From: an uncultured Nitrososphaeraceae archaeon
Lineage (GTDB): Archaea; Thermoproteota; Nitrososphaeria; Nitrososphaerales; Nitrososphaeraceae
Assembly: GCA_963837175.1 (NCBI GenBank)
Contig: CAWIMJ010000018.1
Coordinates: 1 to 64,000, forward strand
Length of the DNA stretch: 64,000 bases
Direction of reading: 5' to 3'
This document shows positions 20,568 through 31,387 of this stretch, piece after piece; position 1 is the stretch's first letter, and each line of letters begins with the position of its first letter. A model generated the notes under the pieces. The model did no database searches. It was not told where the DNA came from and was given only the letters and a program-made list of their open reading frames with translations. Made by a program: the position numbers and the translations under genes.

Positions 20568-21503
20568 ATGCATAATAAGATAGCACATTCTGCTGAACAT
20601 GCTTTTATAGGATCACTTCAAAAGTTCATAGGTAAAACGCTAAATGTTAGAAAGGTAGAACATCGTAAAACGGATAACAGCGTATTTATTACAATTCCTT
20701 CTCTTGATTTAGAGTTAATAATCAGAGCAGAATCAGAAGTAAATTCGCTTATTAATATGGGAAGAAAAATTATAACGCATTGTTTTGAGTCGCTAACTGA
20801 AGCAAAGGAACATTTGCCTAGCCTGCGGGCAAATGAAGAGCGGATAACAGGATCCAATCCAGTAATGGTAGTAGAGATTGAAGGTCATGACTTTGCGGCT
20901 TGTGCTATGGAACACGTAACGAATCTCAATGAATGCAGTTTCTTTTTAGTAACTAGAATATCCAAAAATGGCAACGATTATGAGATTAATTTCGTGGTAG
21001 GAGAGCAGGCAAAAGAGACTGCAATTGCATTATCATTAAAACTACTGAAAATTTGCGAAGAGATAGACGCAAACCTTAACACAGTTGAGAATACAGTGAG
21101 AAAGCTAAAAATAGACAGTGAAATATACCTTGGCAAGTTAAAAAATATAACCAAAGAAAAGCTTGATAACATAATACCATACGTTACTGAGTATAGTAAA
21201 ATAACTATTATTCGTGGTATATTTTCCGATTTGCTAGATGAGGAAGTTCGCATATTTGCAGGAAGAAAAATTGCTGAATCTAATATGGTCGTCGTTGTTG
21301 CTAATATAAATCATCATTCTGATGATACAGCAAGTATTGTATTTGCAAGAAATGAGACCTTAGTGAATATTGATTGTAATAAATTATTTAGAGAAATATC
21401 TTCTAAGGATGGACGAGGTGGAGGAAAGCCTCATTTTATTACAGGTGTAGTTAACAAAGAAAGAGTAACGGATATTGTAAATAGCATTATTGCCAAGTTA
21501 TGA
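20568..21503 (+). CDS. AlaX-like tRNA editing protein with C-terminal DHHA1 (C-Ala) domain
   Basis: HSAEH (HxxxH) and CAMEH (CxxxH) Zn ligands; GRGGGKP DHHA1 motif. Confidence 0.85.
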   Translation: MHNKIAHSAEHAFIGSLQKFIGKTLNVRKVEHRKTDNSVFITIPSLDLELIIRAESEVNSLINMGRKIITHCFESLTEAKEHLPSLRANEERITGSNPVMVVEIEGHDFAACAMEHVTNLNECSFFLVTRISKNGNDYEINFVVGEQAKETAIALSLKLLKICEEIDANLNTVENTVRKLKIDSEIYLGKLKNITKEKLDNIIPYVTEYSKITIIRGIFSDLLDEEVRIFAGRKIAESNMVVVVANINHHSDDTASIVFARNETLVNIDCNKLFREISSKDGRGGGKPHFITGVVNKERVTDIVNSIIAKL

Positions 21504-21746
21504 GTAATAGTTTGTAACTATATGAATTACTTCAAGTAACCACTAAAAAAGCTACTATTAACAATAAAGAGATGAAAAAAACTCTTTCTTAGATAAACAA
21601 TAATAGATAGCAATATATACATAAAGCAAATAATAGTTGAAGAATATAATGAGACTACTGAAATAATTTCATTTATTGTTTTTTATAGACCATATTATTT
21701 ACCAAAATGAACATCTTGAAAAATAATAATAAAAATGGTTATATAT

Positions 21747-22478
21747 TTAAATTGTGGCAATTTTGGTTGTTTCATCGGGTCTGAACCTATCCCACATTGA
21801 GCCAAATATTATACCTATCATTCCCCAGAATATACTCATAGTGAATGCACTTGAAATTCTGAATCCAAGTACTAAATCCATAGGCACAGTTATTATCTTA
21901 TCTGGATTAGGTGGAAGGGCAAGATAAGCGCCAGCAATTATTGCTGCATACATTAATGGAAATATAATGTTTTTAGTTATCGTTGGTAACTTGTTTCCAA
22001 GTGTTCTATACATAAATGCTATAACTAAAGCGCTGAATCCAGATATAGCAATAAATGTAACATATAGACTCTGTCTATAGTATATTGTTTTTGGATCACC
22101 CACTGCAGGTGGATTTGCAGGATACTTTAATGCTGGAATTATGAATAACACAAGACACATTATTCCGGCCAAAGCTAATGCTTTCTTCTTATTACTCGAA
22201 CCTGGTAGTGAAGTTCTATTATATATGAAGACTATTCCAAACAATGCTGATAGGGATGTGCCTAGTATAGTTCCAGCAACAATTTCTCCACCTTTCTGCC
22301 ATATTCGATATCCTGCAAGTTCAGATGGATTAATTACTTTGCGTTCTGTGACTGCAGTTTCTATCCTTATTGCCCTGTCGATATATGGTTCTACAATACC
22401 TTGATTAATTATTCCTAGTATAGTTCCAGCGATTGCACCAGAAATCAGAGTTATTGCAAGAAAGAGAAGTGTCTTCAT
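21747..22478 (-). CDS. cbtA: CbtA-family putative cobalt transporter subunit
   Basis: VEPYIDRAI.IE and PALKYPANPPAVGDP.TI..RQ motifs; multi-TM; downstream of cbtB. Confidence 0.9.
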   Translation of the reverse strand: MKTLLFLAITLISGAIAGTILGIINQGIVEPYIDRAIRIETAVTERKVINPSELAGYRIWQKGGEIVAGTILGTSLSALFGIVFIYNRTSLPGSSNKKKALALAGIMCLVLFIIPALKYPANPPAVGDPKTIYYRQSLYVTFIAISGFSALVIAFMYRTLGNKLPTITKNIIFPLMYAAIIAGAYLALPPNPDKIITVPMDLVLGFRISSAFTMSIFWGMIGIIFGSMWDRFRPDETTKIATI

Positions 22479-22680
22479 TTGTTGACGTTTACATCCATAC
22501 TACTACTAGTGACATGGGAATCCTGCAGCATGTCTCATATCATGATAGAACTCATGCATCCACATAGTATCAAACGCCTGATCTCCTTGAGCTAGACTGA
22601 AAAGATTTCCTTGATCATATCCTACAATGAACAATCCGAATACCAATATTCCGAACAATACTCCAATTGCTATCTTTGGT
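22378..22680. repeat. about 300-bp near-identical inverted repeat, arm 1 (arm 2 at about 25948-26252)
   Basis: Covers most of cbtB, the intergenic spacer and the 5' end of cbtA; only a few mismatches to the reverse complement of arm 2. Confidence 0.9.
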
Positions 22681-22721
22681 ATTCCATTAATGTCCTTAGT
22701 AACTTGTTGACTACTTAACAT
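22506..22721 (-). CDS. cbtB: CbtB-family putative cobalt transporter subunit
   Basis: One TM helix and the C-terminal HEFYHDMRHAAGFPCH motif. Confidence 0.93.
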   Translation of the reverse strand: MLSSQQVTKDINGIPKIAIGVLFGILVFGLFIVGYDQGNLFSLAQGDQAFDTMWMHEFYHDMRHAAGFPCH

Positions 22722-22755
22722 TTAGCATCTACACAAAATGCTATTATTTAAGTTG

Positions 22756-22772
22756 TAGGTTAGTTTATCCAA
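22756..22772 (-). promoter_or_regulatory. candidate operator TTGGATAAACTAACCTA upstream of the cbtB-1 TATA box
   Basis: Matches the palindrome at 25851-25867 at 14/17 and lies 4 nt from TTAAATAA (22751-22744). Confidence 0.55.
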
Positions 22773-22861
22773 TGTAAGAGTTGTAATTTTGGATGAGTAG
22801 TAGCCTATGCTCAACTTTACGAAAGTACATAAATTTATTCAAGTTGTAAGAACATACAATA

Positions 22862-23160
22862 ATGCATCAATATGTTAAAAATACTTAAATATTTCACGCA
22901 GATATGCGCCCAGTAGAGTTCTTTCCTTTGACATGGTACATGTATTCAAGTATTACAACTTATAAAAAATAGAGGACTCGTAAGTAGAGATTTACTATAT
23001 CAGGAACTCGATCTTGGAGAAGGCACAATAAAGACATTGCTAAAACATTTGAAAATGCATGATATAATAATATCTACTAATGCAGGAACAAAACTTACTT
23101 GTGAAGCTACCACAATATTTTCAGAACTACTTTCTCATATTCCTATAGAAACGAATATTC
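22862..23160 (+). pseudogene. truncated, frameshifted copy of the DUF4443-type wHTH gene
   Basis: MHQYVK..ISRRYAPSRVLSFDMVHVFK..ELDLGEGTIKTLLKHLKM..STNAGTKL aligns with the N-terminus of 24584-25237. Confidence 0.85.
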
Positions 23161-23297
23161 AAGTATATTACTCGGTAGTGAGTATATACTTGAATTATAG
23201 ATTAGTGTCAAATATCATTATTATTATTATTTATATGCAAAACACAACAGAAAATAACTAATAAGATTGTTAATACAGTTAACCTGACTATTATCTA

Positions 23298-23720
23298 ATG
23301 TCCACAAACATCCTCAAACCTCCCTTTAATGAAGAGACAGCTCGTGCTAAAGTCAAAGCAGCTCAAGATGCATGGAACAGTCGTAATCCAGAAATTGTAG
23401 CTCAAGCATACACTGTAGACTCTCGATGGCGCAATCGTACAGAGTTCTTGACTGGTAGAGAAGCCATCATAGCTTTTCTAAAACGTAAATGGTCTAAAGA
23501 ACTGGATTATCGTTTAATGAAAGAATTATGGTGCTATTCAGGAAATCGCATTTCTGTGAGATTTGAATATGAGTGGAGAGATGCAGATAATCCAAGCCAA
23601 TGGATGCGTACACATGGTAATGAACACTGGGAATTTGAGGATAATGGTTTGATGCGTATACGTGATATGAGTGCTAATGATTATCCTATTAAAGAATCAG
23701 AAAGACGTTATCGCTTATAG
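23298..23720 (+). CDS. SnoaL/NTF2-like DUF1348-family protein
   Basis: PPF.EETA..KV.AAQDAWNSR, WRNR.EF, KELW, RFEYEW and GNEHWEF motifs. Confidence 0.9.
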   Translation: MSTNILKPPFNEETARAKVKAAQDAWNSRNPEIVAQAYTVDSRWRNRTEFLTGREAIIAFLKRKWSKELDYRLMKELWCYSGNRISVRFEYEWRDADNPSQWMRTHGNEHWEFEDNGLMRIRDMSANDYPIKESERRYRL

Positions 23721-24583
23721 TTTGCTGTTATTATTATATGGTGGTGATATAGAATTTAAAGATAATAATGTATATGTCTTATATATTTCTCTGTCTATCT
23801 ATCTTCCTCTATATTGATCAATCTTATTCTATTAATAATTTCGGCCGGTAAAAGCTGTTATTGATATTAAAAATATCTTTTGATTTGTGTTTTCGAGTAT
23901 TATAATAGAAAAACTACTTTTTTTACATTGATTTAGTGGCAAAATATTTATGATTTATAAAGTATCATCAATACATCAGCAACAAGCAACAGATGAACGG
24001 GTGTGTGATGAAGAACGAGATGCAAAATTTGTTGCCACATCTTTGTCATTGTCTCAGGTTGTGTGTCAGACACCAACGATCAGTTGCTGGGATATACCAC
24101 GACTTATGACGTGGTTATATCTAATTTTTTAAGATAATTGATAGTATTCTATTATCAGCAATTATTTATTCATATAGAAGCTCCTAATAATTATACTCTT
24201 TAACAAGAGAATTTAAAATAAATAGACGTTATCAAGATAATGCTATTAAATAGAATTCATATTCTAAAGATTCTATCTTATACATGTTATCGAATTAGTA
24301 TAAATATGATCTCTATTTACTTCCTCACTTGAATTTCAGTGACGATAGTTAAAACCACAATCATGAACCTTTTAACCATCATAAATTGTAAAGCAAAAAA
24401 ATAATAAGATTGAATGTTATCTCAGAAAAAAGGCATTAGTGTAATCTTAACAATCTTTTCTGTCGTTTCTTTGATGATCCTCTCAATAAATTTTTATAAC
24501 ATTTACAATTTTGGGTCATCTACTTCACATTCTATTCTAATGTTCGACAATAATCCAATTTTGTTATAATTATGTATGAAGTA

Positions 24584-25237
24584 TTATTTAGTATGCTTCT
24601 TGTGGTTAATTAGAGTTAGTAGAGCTGCATTCTTTGCAGCAAGCTCTGAAGTTTGTCTGTTGATATCATCACTTCCTATTATTATGACATCTCCTTCTAT
24701 AGGTTCTAATTTTTTAACTAGTAATTCATAAATAGAAGGTTCTTTTTTTAATGGATCTAACATAATATTAGTATTTGGCATCACAAATCTTCCTTTTGAA
24801 AATAACAGTGTAGTGGCACCGACAGCTCCCATTTTTATAGAGGCATCTCTTTGCTCTATTCCCGACTTGACGGCAAAACTAAATTGTTTTAGTAGAACAA
24901 CATAATTATATTTACCCAATGCAATAGAGCATTTTGGCAGGCTACATCCTTTTGGAAGACGTGTTAGGATTTCTGCGAAAAATTTTTTACCTTTATCTGA
25001 CATTTTTGTTCCTGCATTACTAGTTTCAATTAATTCTTTCATCTTCAAATGCTTTATCAACGTTCTAACTGCACCCTCTCCTAGATTAAGTTCCTGACAG
25101 AGCAAAGTCCTGCTTGCATGTCCTCTGTCTTCTATTATCTGTAGTGCTTTGAAGATGTGTGCAATGTCAAAAGAAAGAATTCTACTTGGAGCATACCTAC
25201 TCGAAATTGTTTGTAAAGTCCTTACATAAGTATGCAT
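24584..25237 (-). CDS. winged-HTH protein with DUF4443-like C-terminal domain, putative regulator
   Basis: SRTLLCQELNLGEGAVRTLIKHL wHTH; SGIEQRDASIKMGAVGATTL motif. Confidence 0.78.
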   Translation of the reverse strand: MHTYVRTLQTISSRYAPSRILSFDIAHIFKALQIIEDRGHASRTLLCQELNLGEGAVRTLIKHLKMKELIETSNAGTKMSDKGKKFFAEILTRLPKGCSLPKCSIALGKYNYVVLLKQFSFAVKSGIEQRDASIKMGAVGATTLLFSKGRFVMPNTNIMLDPLKKEPSIYELLVKKLEPIEGDVIIIGSDDINRQTSELAAKNAALLTLINHKKHTK

Positions 25238-25850
25238 CGTGTATATGGAGATATCGTAGACGATGTATTCATATTAATTTATCTGCTCTTCTTGTTGATG
25301 TCTTTTACTGTATTGCTTTCTTCGTAACAAGCAGCAACTTTATTGCCTTCTTTATACTTTTTTTATACTAAACATCGTTCTGATTACGCTTCAAGTTACA
25401 GATGTAGTTCTTCTAATAGCTGAAAGAATATGTCTATTGAACCATAAGCATTATCTATTAAAGTAAATATTTCCTCAAAGAGTAAACATATCAAGCAATT
25501 CTTGAAAGTTTCCTATATCCATTGTTCATCGATCTACATGAATTACCATAAGAAGCGTTTTCTAAATCTCGTGCAAATCTGGCGCATACAAATGTAAAAG
25601 CATTTGAAGAAGAACTGGAGTTGTTAGCAAAGGTTGGTGCCATACTTGGAGATTTATTATTTTTCTTGTTTAATACAACGTTTCCTAACATTCTGATAGC
25701 ATCGTTTTTGTATGTCATCATTGAAATAATATTCATGTATTATTTATGATCGGATGTTCTATTAAACGCGTCTTTATGAGCTCTAATTAAATGTGTTTTT
25801 GAGTATTACAAGTAAAGCATATGATTTATGATTATTTATAATTCTGACTG

Positions 25851-25867
25851 TTGGATAAACCATCCAA
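25851..25867 (+). promoter_or_regulatory. palindrome TTGGAT-N5-ATCCAA next to the cbtB-2 TATA box
   Basis: Perfect 6-bp arms; TTTATATA at 25871-25878; ATG at 25901. Confidence 0.6.
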
Positions 25868-25900
25868 TTCTTTATATATTCCCCAACTGTTGGAATTCTA

Positions 25901-26122
25901 ATGTATTATAATATTACAAAACAATTGACAAAGCGGACTCCTACTATTCCAAAGATAGCAATTGGAGTATTATTCGGAATATTGGTATTCGGATTATTCA
26001 TAGTAGGATATGATCAAGGAAATCTTTTCAGTCTAGCTCAAGGAGAACAGGCGTTTGATACTATGTGGATGCATGAGTTCTATCATGATATGAGACATGC
26101 TGCAGGATTCCCATGTCACTAG
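25901..26122 (+). CDS. cbtB: CbtB-family subunit, second copy
   Basis: Nearly identical to 22506-22721 except for the N-terminus. Confidence 0.9.
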   Translation: MYYNITKQLTKRTPTIPKIAIGVLFGILVFGLFIVGYDQGNLFSLAQGEQAFDTMWMHEFYHDMRHAAGFPCH

Positions 26123-26149
26123 TAGTAGTATGGATGTAAACGTCAACAA

Positions 26150-26670
26150 ATGAAGACACTTCTCTTTCTTGCAATAACTCTGATTTCTGGTGCAATCGCT
26201 GGAACTATACTAGGAATAATTAATCAAGGTATTGTAGAACCATATATCGACAAAGCAGTCAACATTGAAGTGTAGAATGCAAATAAAAAGGAAGGTGGTA
26301 AAGCAGTTGATCCTAATGAACTTGTAATATACAGAGCATGGCAAAAGAGTGGAGAGATTATTGGAGGAACTATTCTTGGTATTTTCTTTAGCAGCCTTAT
26401 TTGGAATAGTCTTTGCGTATGGTAGATCTCCTGTACTATTGCTACCACGTTCAGCCAATAACAAAAAGAAGGCATTAGTTTTAGCTGCCATAATGTGATT
26501 TATATTATTTGTAGTACCTGCACTCAAATATTCAGCTAATCCTCCAGCTATAGGAGATCCAGAAATGATATACTATAGGCAGAGTTTATACGTCGCTTTC
26601 TTGGTGATATCGGGATTTAGCGCATTAGCACTACCTTTCTTATACACAAAGATCGATAATAAATCACCAT
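26150..26670 (+). pseudogene. cbtA: cbtA second copy, inactivated
   Basis: Starts MKTLLFLAITL, identical to copy 1; TAG at about 26273, later frameshift and TGA, 3' truncated. Confidence 0.88.
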
Positions 26671-26739
26671 CCTTTTTAGAAATTGACATACAACTATAAT
26701 ATCACATAAATATAATATAAAGCAGTATAACACAATACA

Positions 26740-27273
26740 ATGAATGATAGTAGAGATATTAATTCGACTACTACGACTAAAAATGTCAAAAAGACAATAA
26801 CTATCATAGCAACAGCAATAATTGTGGCCATAGTGTCGTTTTCAATAACGTCATCATCTATATCATCAGTAACAATGGTACTGGCTCAACAAGCTGACAA
26901 TACCACTACCACTACCACCACTCCTACCACTACAATTACTCTTACCGAAAATGTCGTTCAAGTAAATGCAACAGAAATAAATGAAGTTTATAGATGGCAA
27001 ATTAATGGACAAATCAATCCTGACTTAAGATTGCTTGCAAATACTGCTTACACATTCACTCTTCAGAATCCAACAGATACAAAACATGAACTTATAATAG
27101 CAGACTCTCAAGGCAAAGAGCTTGCTACCAGTGGAGATATCCAACCTGGTAGCTCAGGCATACTAAATTTCAAAACGAATACGACAAGCAGCGGAGGTGG
27201 TAATATGCTCGGATACCATTGTGAATATCATCCTGATCTAATGAAAGGAGCTATCCAGACAGTCAATCAATAG
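26740..27273 (+). CDS. secreted or anchored cupredoxin (type 1 Cu)
   Basis: Signal/anchor, Thr-rich linker, KHEL and YHCEYHPDLM ligands (H, C, H, M). Confidence 0.85.
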   Translation: MNDSRDINSTTTTKNVKKTITIIATAIIVAIVSFSITSSSISSVTMVLAQQADNTTTTTTTPTTTITLTENVVQVNATEINEVYRWQINGQINPDLRLLANTAYTFTLQNPTDTKHELIIADSQGKELATSGDIQPGSSGILNFKTNTTSSGGGNMLGYHCEYHPDLMKGAIQTVNQ

Positions 27274-27737
27274 GTACAGTCCTGTTATCTTAGTTTTTTT
27301 TCTATTCATCAGGCTGCAGAAAAGAGATTCTATAACTAATTTTAAGGTAATTATTTGTCATTAGTTAGAATGACATTATATGAAAGGTTTTTTTGAGGCC
27401 GCACAATTAGATTTGGAAGCAGCAAAAGTTGCTAACAGAGAGAGAAGTCTATATCTACCTGCTATATATCATTTACAATAGGGCTTATGAAAAATGTATC
27501 AAATCGTACTTTGTCTTTAAGGAAGTGAGTATTAACCATACTTCTGAAGCCGATGTTTATAACAAAATTAAAACTAGAATACATCATGAAACAGAAGAAT
27601 CTAGAATCAGCCTATTGAAAGATTTGGCTGATACAGAAAGAGGTGCAAATGAACGCAAGCTTTCTACCACAATAAATCCAAAAGTAAGATTTTATAGATA
27701 GATGTTGTTGAATTATATTTTATAGATAGATGTTACT

Positions 27738-28124
27738 ATGTCATTTAAGAAACAAAAACGAATTCTAGTTGTAGATGATGATCCTGATGTTAATTTGACC
27801 ATGAAGGTTGCACTAAAAGATGAAGGATTTGAAGTTGATACATTTGATAGTCCTCAACTAGCATTATCTAGTTTTAAACCTAATTTTTATGATCTTATAC
27901 TCTTGGATATTAAAATGCCAAACATAGATGGTTTTGAACTATATGGAGAAATAAAGAAGAGAGACGATAAGGTCAAGGTTTGTTTTTTAACAGCTAGTGA
28001 ATACACCGAGTATGAAGAATTTTTGAAAGAAAATCCTAAAGTAGTTGTGAAATGTTTTGCTCGTAAACCAATACCAATAGATGAATTGGCTAAAATAGTA
28101 AAAGAACAATTAAAAGAAGAATAA
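27738..28124 (+). CDS. stand-alone response regulator receiver
   Basis: VVDDD, LLDIKMP, FLTA and KP motifs. Confidence 0.93.
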   Translation: MSFKKQKRILVVDDDPDVNLTMKVALKDEGFEVDTFDSPQLALSSFKPNFYDLILLDIKMPNIDGFELYGEIKKRDDKVKVCFLTASEYTEYEEFLKENPKVVVKCFARKPIPIDELAKIVKEQLKEE

Positions 28125-28349
28125 TACGATTATTAAAAAAAGATTGATTTGATATTGTCTTAACTATTTTATCAATATTATTATGATCGTTTTTCATTGG
28201 AATCACACGCGGTAAGTATCTGAGACATACAATGTTTCTACCTATCTGTCTATAGATTTTCCGTATGGGTTCCATTATGAAATCTGTGTAGGCTTTACGT
28301 GATGGTTGAACGTAATAGCAATTAATAACAATAATCGTGTTATCTATGC

Positions 28350-28620
28350 AATTACTATCATTTGGCTAAGATCTCTATATTTGTAAGAAACGTTTTTCCT
28401 TGTCTGTTATCCTATACTAATAGGAAGATCGTTGTTTTTTTCTTCTATTTGTTATTTTTCTTGCAGTACTTTTTGATACTTTTCTATCAAGCCTTTTTCC
28501 AATAGAACTAACACGTATTCTTACAACTGGCCATAAGTTAGAGTATCTCACCCATGGCCGGCTCCTAGCTCCAATACTTTTTTAGTTGCATTGTTAGCTT
28601 TCATATGATTAAAACAAAGT
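28350..28620 (-). pseudogene. juxtaposed remnants of a SAM methyltransferase and a wHTH protein
   Basis: Fragments KVLELGAGHG*DTL followed by LTYGQL*EYVLVLLEKGLIEKY..YRITDK..FLQI. Confidence 0.45.
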
Positions 28621-28835
28621 AAGGCAAAGTTGCTATGATGCTCTCCAAAGAAAGTGCTGTCTGATTAGTAGACTTTATTGCAGACTTTACTCATTGCTAT
28701 TGTTATTATCCTTCGTTTCCTTTCTCTCCTGTTTCTATAAAGCTTCAGCTGTTAACTAACTGGTGGTCATGTTGGCATAATAATAACTAATAAAATACAT
28801 TCAAACTTAAATATTTAAAATCACACTAAAATTAA

Positions 28836-29121
28836 ATGAAACAGCATCATTGAGATATATTCTGCAAACTGTCTATTATGTAAACATATCACAGATGATA
28901 TTCAAATAGGAAATGTAACGTTGCAATCAGATAATTTATGATATTAATAATATGACAGAAGAAATCAAGGTAAAGATGAGAGATTATGGTGTAAAAGCAA
29001 GTGCCCTACCATAGTTATTGATGGAAATATCAAAATTGTATGACTCCCTGATTTTCCTCGGATATGTAATGACGATTTATTCAAAAAATTGAAAAATGAA
29101 TATCCATTAAAAAGATATTAA
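28836..29121 (+). pseudogene. glutaredoxin/thioredoxin-like remnant
   Basis: IEIYSANCLLCK..DYGVKA/PTIVIDG..PDFP with several frameshifts and a stop. Confidence 0.7.
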
Positions 29122-29389
29122 AAAATTGTCAGCGGTGTGATAGTACCTGGATAATAAGATTAACCAAATTTTTCCTCGAAATATCCTTCATTGATCGGTG
29201 TTTTATTATCATCAATTATTTTTACTAATATAAATTACTAATTATTATATTGTTCAGTAAGATAATTCATTATATATTTGGAATTATCAAGATAATGCTA
29301 TCAGATACCATTCATTGGTATTAAGATTCTATCTTATAGAGATTATCGGATCAGTATAAATATTCTTAAGACATCGTAAGATAATTACA

Positions 29390-30053
29390 TTGGTTGAAGA
29401 AATATCATTTACAGGCAATTCAAAAAATTGTTGTGTATCATTTATTGATATAATAGATTCTACCAGAATTACTACAACTGAAATAAATGATGCAGAAAAA
29501 ATTAGAAGATATTATTCGATATTTATCAACACAATGGCTCGCTATTATTAGAGACTTTAATGCAAATATAATTAAGAATACTGGTGATAGCCTCTTATAC
29601 TATTTTCCAGAGACATCAAATAATTCTGCTGATGACATATCTGCATTCAAAGAGGTCTTTGAGTGTGGCTTGACAATGGTAGAAGCCATTACAATTATTA
29701 ATACAAGGATTCAAGAAGAAGGGTTACCACCTCTCAATTATAGGATTAGTGCTGATTATGGTAGAGTAGAGATTGCAAAGTCAATGAGTTCTACAAGCGA
29801 TGACTTATTTGGTCCTACAGTGAGTCTGTGCGCAAAGATAAACTCTTTGGCACCTATAAATGGAATGGTTATAGGTAGCGATTTATATCAAACTGTAAGA
29901 TCTTCCTTTGATAATGATTACTATTTCTCTGAAATAGGCAAATACCCAATTAGCGAGCTCAAATATCAGCAATATCCAGTGTATTCAATAATAAGAAACA
30001 AGAAAAGAGAGAATAACAGCAAGACTTTGAATCTGTATAAAAATATCCGTTAA
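29390..30053 (+). CDS. class III adenylate/guanylate cyclase domain protein, frameshifted near 29540
   Basis: Upstream frame CCVSFIDIIDSTRI..YYSIFINTMA joins IIKNTGDSLLYYF..RISADYG..DLFGPTVSLCAKINS. Confidence 0.8.
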
Positions 30054-30594
30054 TTAAAATACGTCTTGTCAGATTTGGATCGCTTACAATATAGAGTGCT
30101 AGCAGGTCTGTATCTGTTATGTCGCATCAGTTAACACACTGCCTTCAGCCCTCAACTGACTGCTTACATATGCATCAGCGTATAGCTTTGTCTGTCTGTC
30201 GCTTGCGAAAGAAAACCTTGATTATTTGTTCCAAACTTTGGTAATTGAATTGTCTAATTATAATAAACTGAACATTAGTTGGTACATTTTATGATAATGA
30301 AGACGGTAAAATAAAAGATAAATTCACTATTACAAAATCCTCTTCAGTTTCAACACCAACAGAAGACAACAACTACGACAACCAAATAGATAAAGAAGAA
30401 AATGGATAAGATAGTAGCGGCAATGATGATAGTGATACAGCTGATTCAGACGGATTATGATGAGGAGGAGGATGAGGTGAAGGTAAACGTCTACATTAGC
30501 CAAAATAACTATGTGCGCATTAATTTAATTCAACTCTACACCTTTAAATAGCATTATCAATTTATTATCTCATTATATCATAAACAGTCTATTA

Positions 30595-31278
30595 TCATGA
30601 TATTTCAAATGAATCAATCATCTTTTGAATAATTGGTAAATATGTAGAGAATTCTGAAGTTATTTGTGAGTATGATATAGTATATATTCTATCTCCTTTA
30701 ATTGTCCATATGGTCATGGTTTGAAATGGGGGGGAATGTAATGGATCAGCAAGTCCTGAATTAGTAAAAGTAGAAACTATTTTATATGCAGGATTATTTG
30801 CAAGGGTTGTGATATTTGATTCAATGAGTTTGAAATTAGGTAAAGTCTTGTTTGCTAAATCAACATTTTGTTTGGTCATCACATCGAGTGTCTTGCTCGT
30901 ATCTGACAAATTTTCAACAGACACACTCATAAAAGAAGAGAGAGGACCATGCTCAGACATTACCTTTTGTCTAAATTCAATTATAGTTCTATTGACTGTA
31001 GAAGTTTGAAATGGTTTCCAGTCTGATGGATATAGAATTTTAATTCCTAAACTAGGATTATCATATATTGAAAATTTAGTCGTTGTTATATTAGCATGGG
31101 GAGACACTTCCATTGTATGTGGTTGCGAAAGTGCTGGTTGTATGACAACAGTTGGTATAAGAATAATCCCATTAAACAATAAAAAAATTATAATGAGCTG
31201 AAATGGATAAGAGCAATTTTTTGTTGTCTTCAAAGATATGGATCTTCTTATATATAAATAGACATTCATTGAGGTCAA
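30595..31278 (-). CDS. secreted PsbP-like protein
   Basis: Signal/anchor; Y.NPSLGIKILYPSDW, TTLANNPAYKIV and YLPIIQKMIDSFEI motifs. Confidence 0.82.
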   Translation of the reverse strand: MTSMNVYLYIRRSISLKTTKNCSYPFQLIIIFLLFNGIILIPTVVIQPALSQPHTMEVSPHANITTTKFSIYDNPSLGIKILYPSDWKPFQTSTVNRTIIEFRQKVMSEHGPLSSFMSVSVENLSDTSKTLDVMTKQNVDLANKTLPNFKLIESNITTLANNPAYKIVSTFTNSGLADPLHSPPFQTMTIWTIKGDRIYTISYSQITSEFSTYLPIIQKMIDSFEIS

Positions 31279-31387
31279 TTAAACTGACTTTGTATATTTT
31301 TAACTATAATATCTAGGTATCTACAAAGAAATACAATAACAATAAATTGACATGGTAAATAGATTCAAATTTTTTCTACCATAATGA

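Noticed and set aside
25740-25900. Cobalamin riboswitch upstream of cbtB
   Set aside because: The TATA box is about 23 nt before the ATG and no B12-box was seen; the same holds for copy 1.
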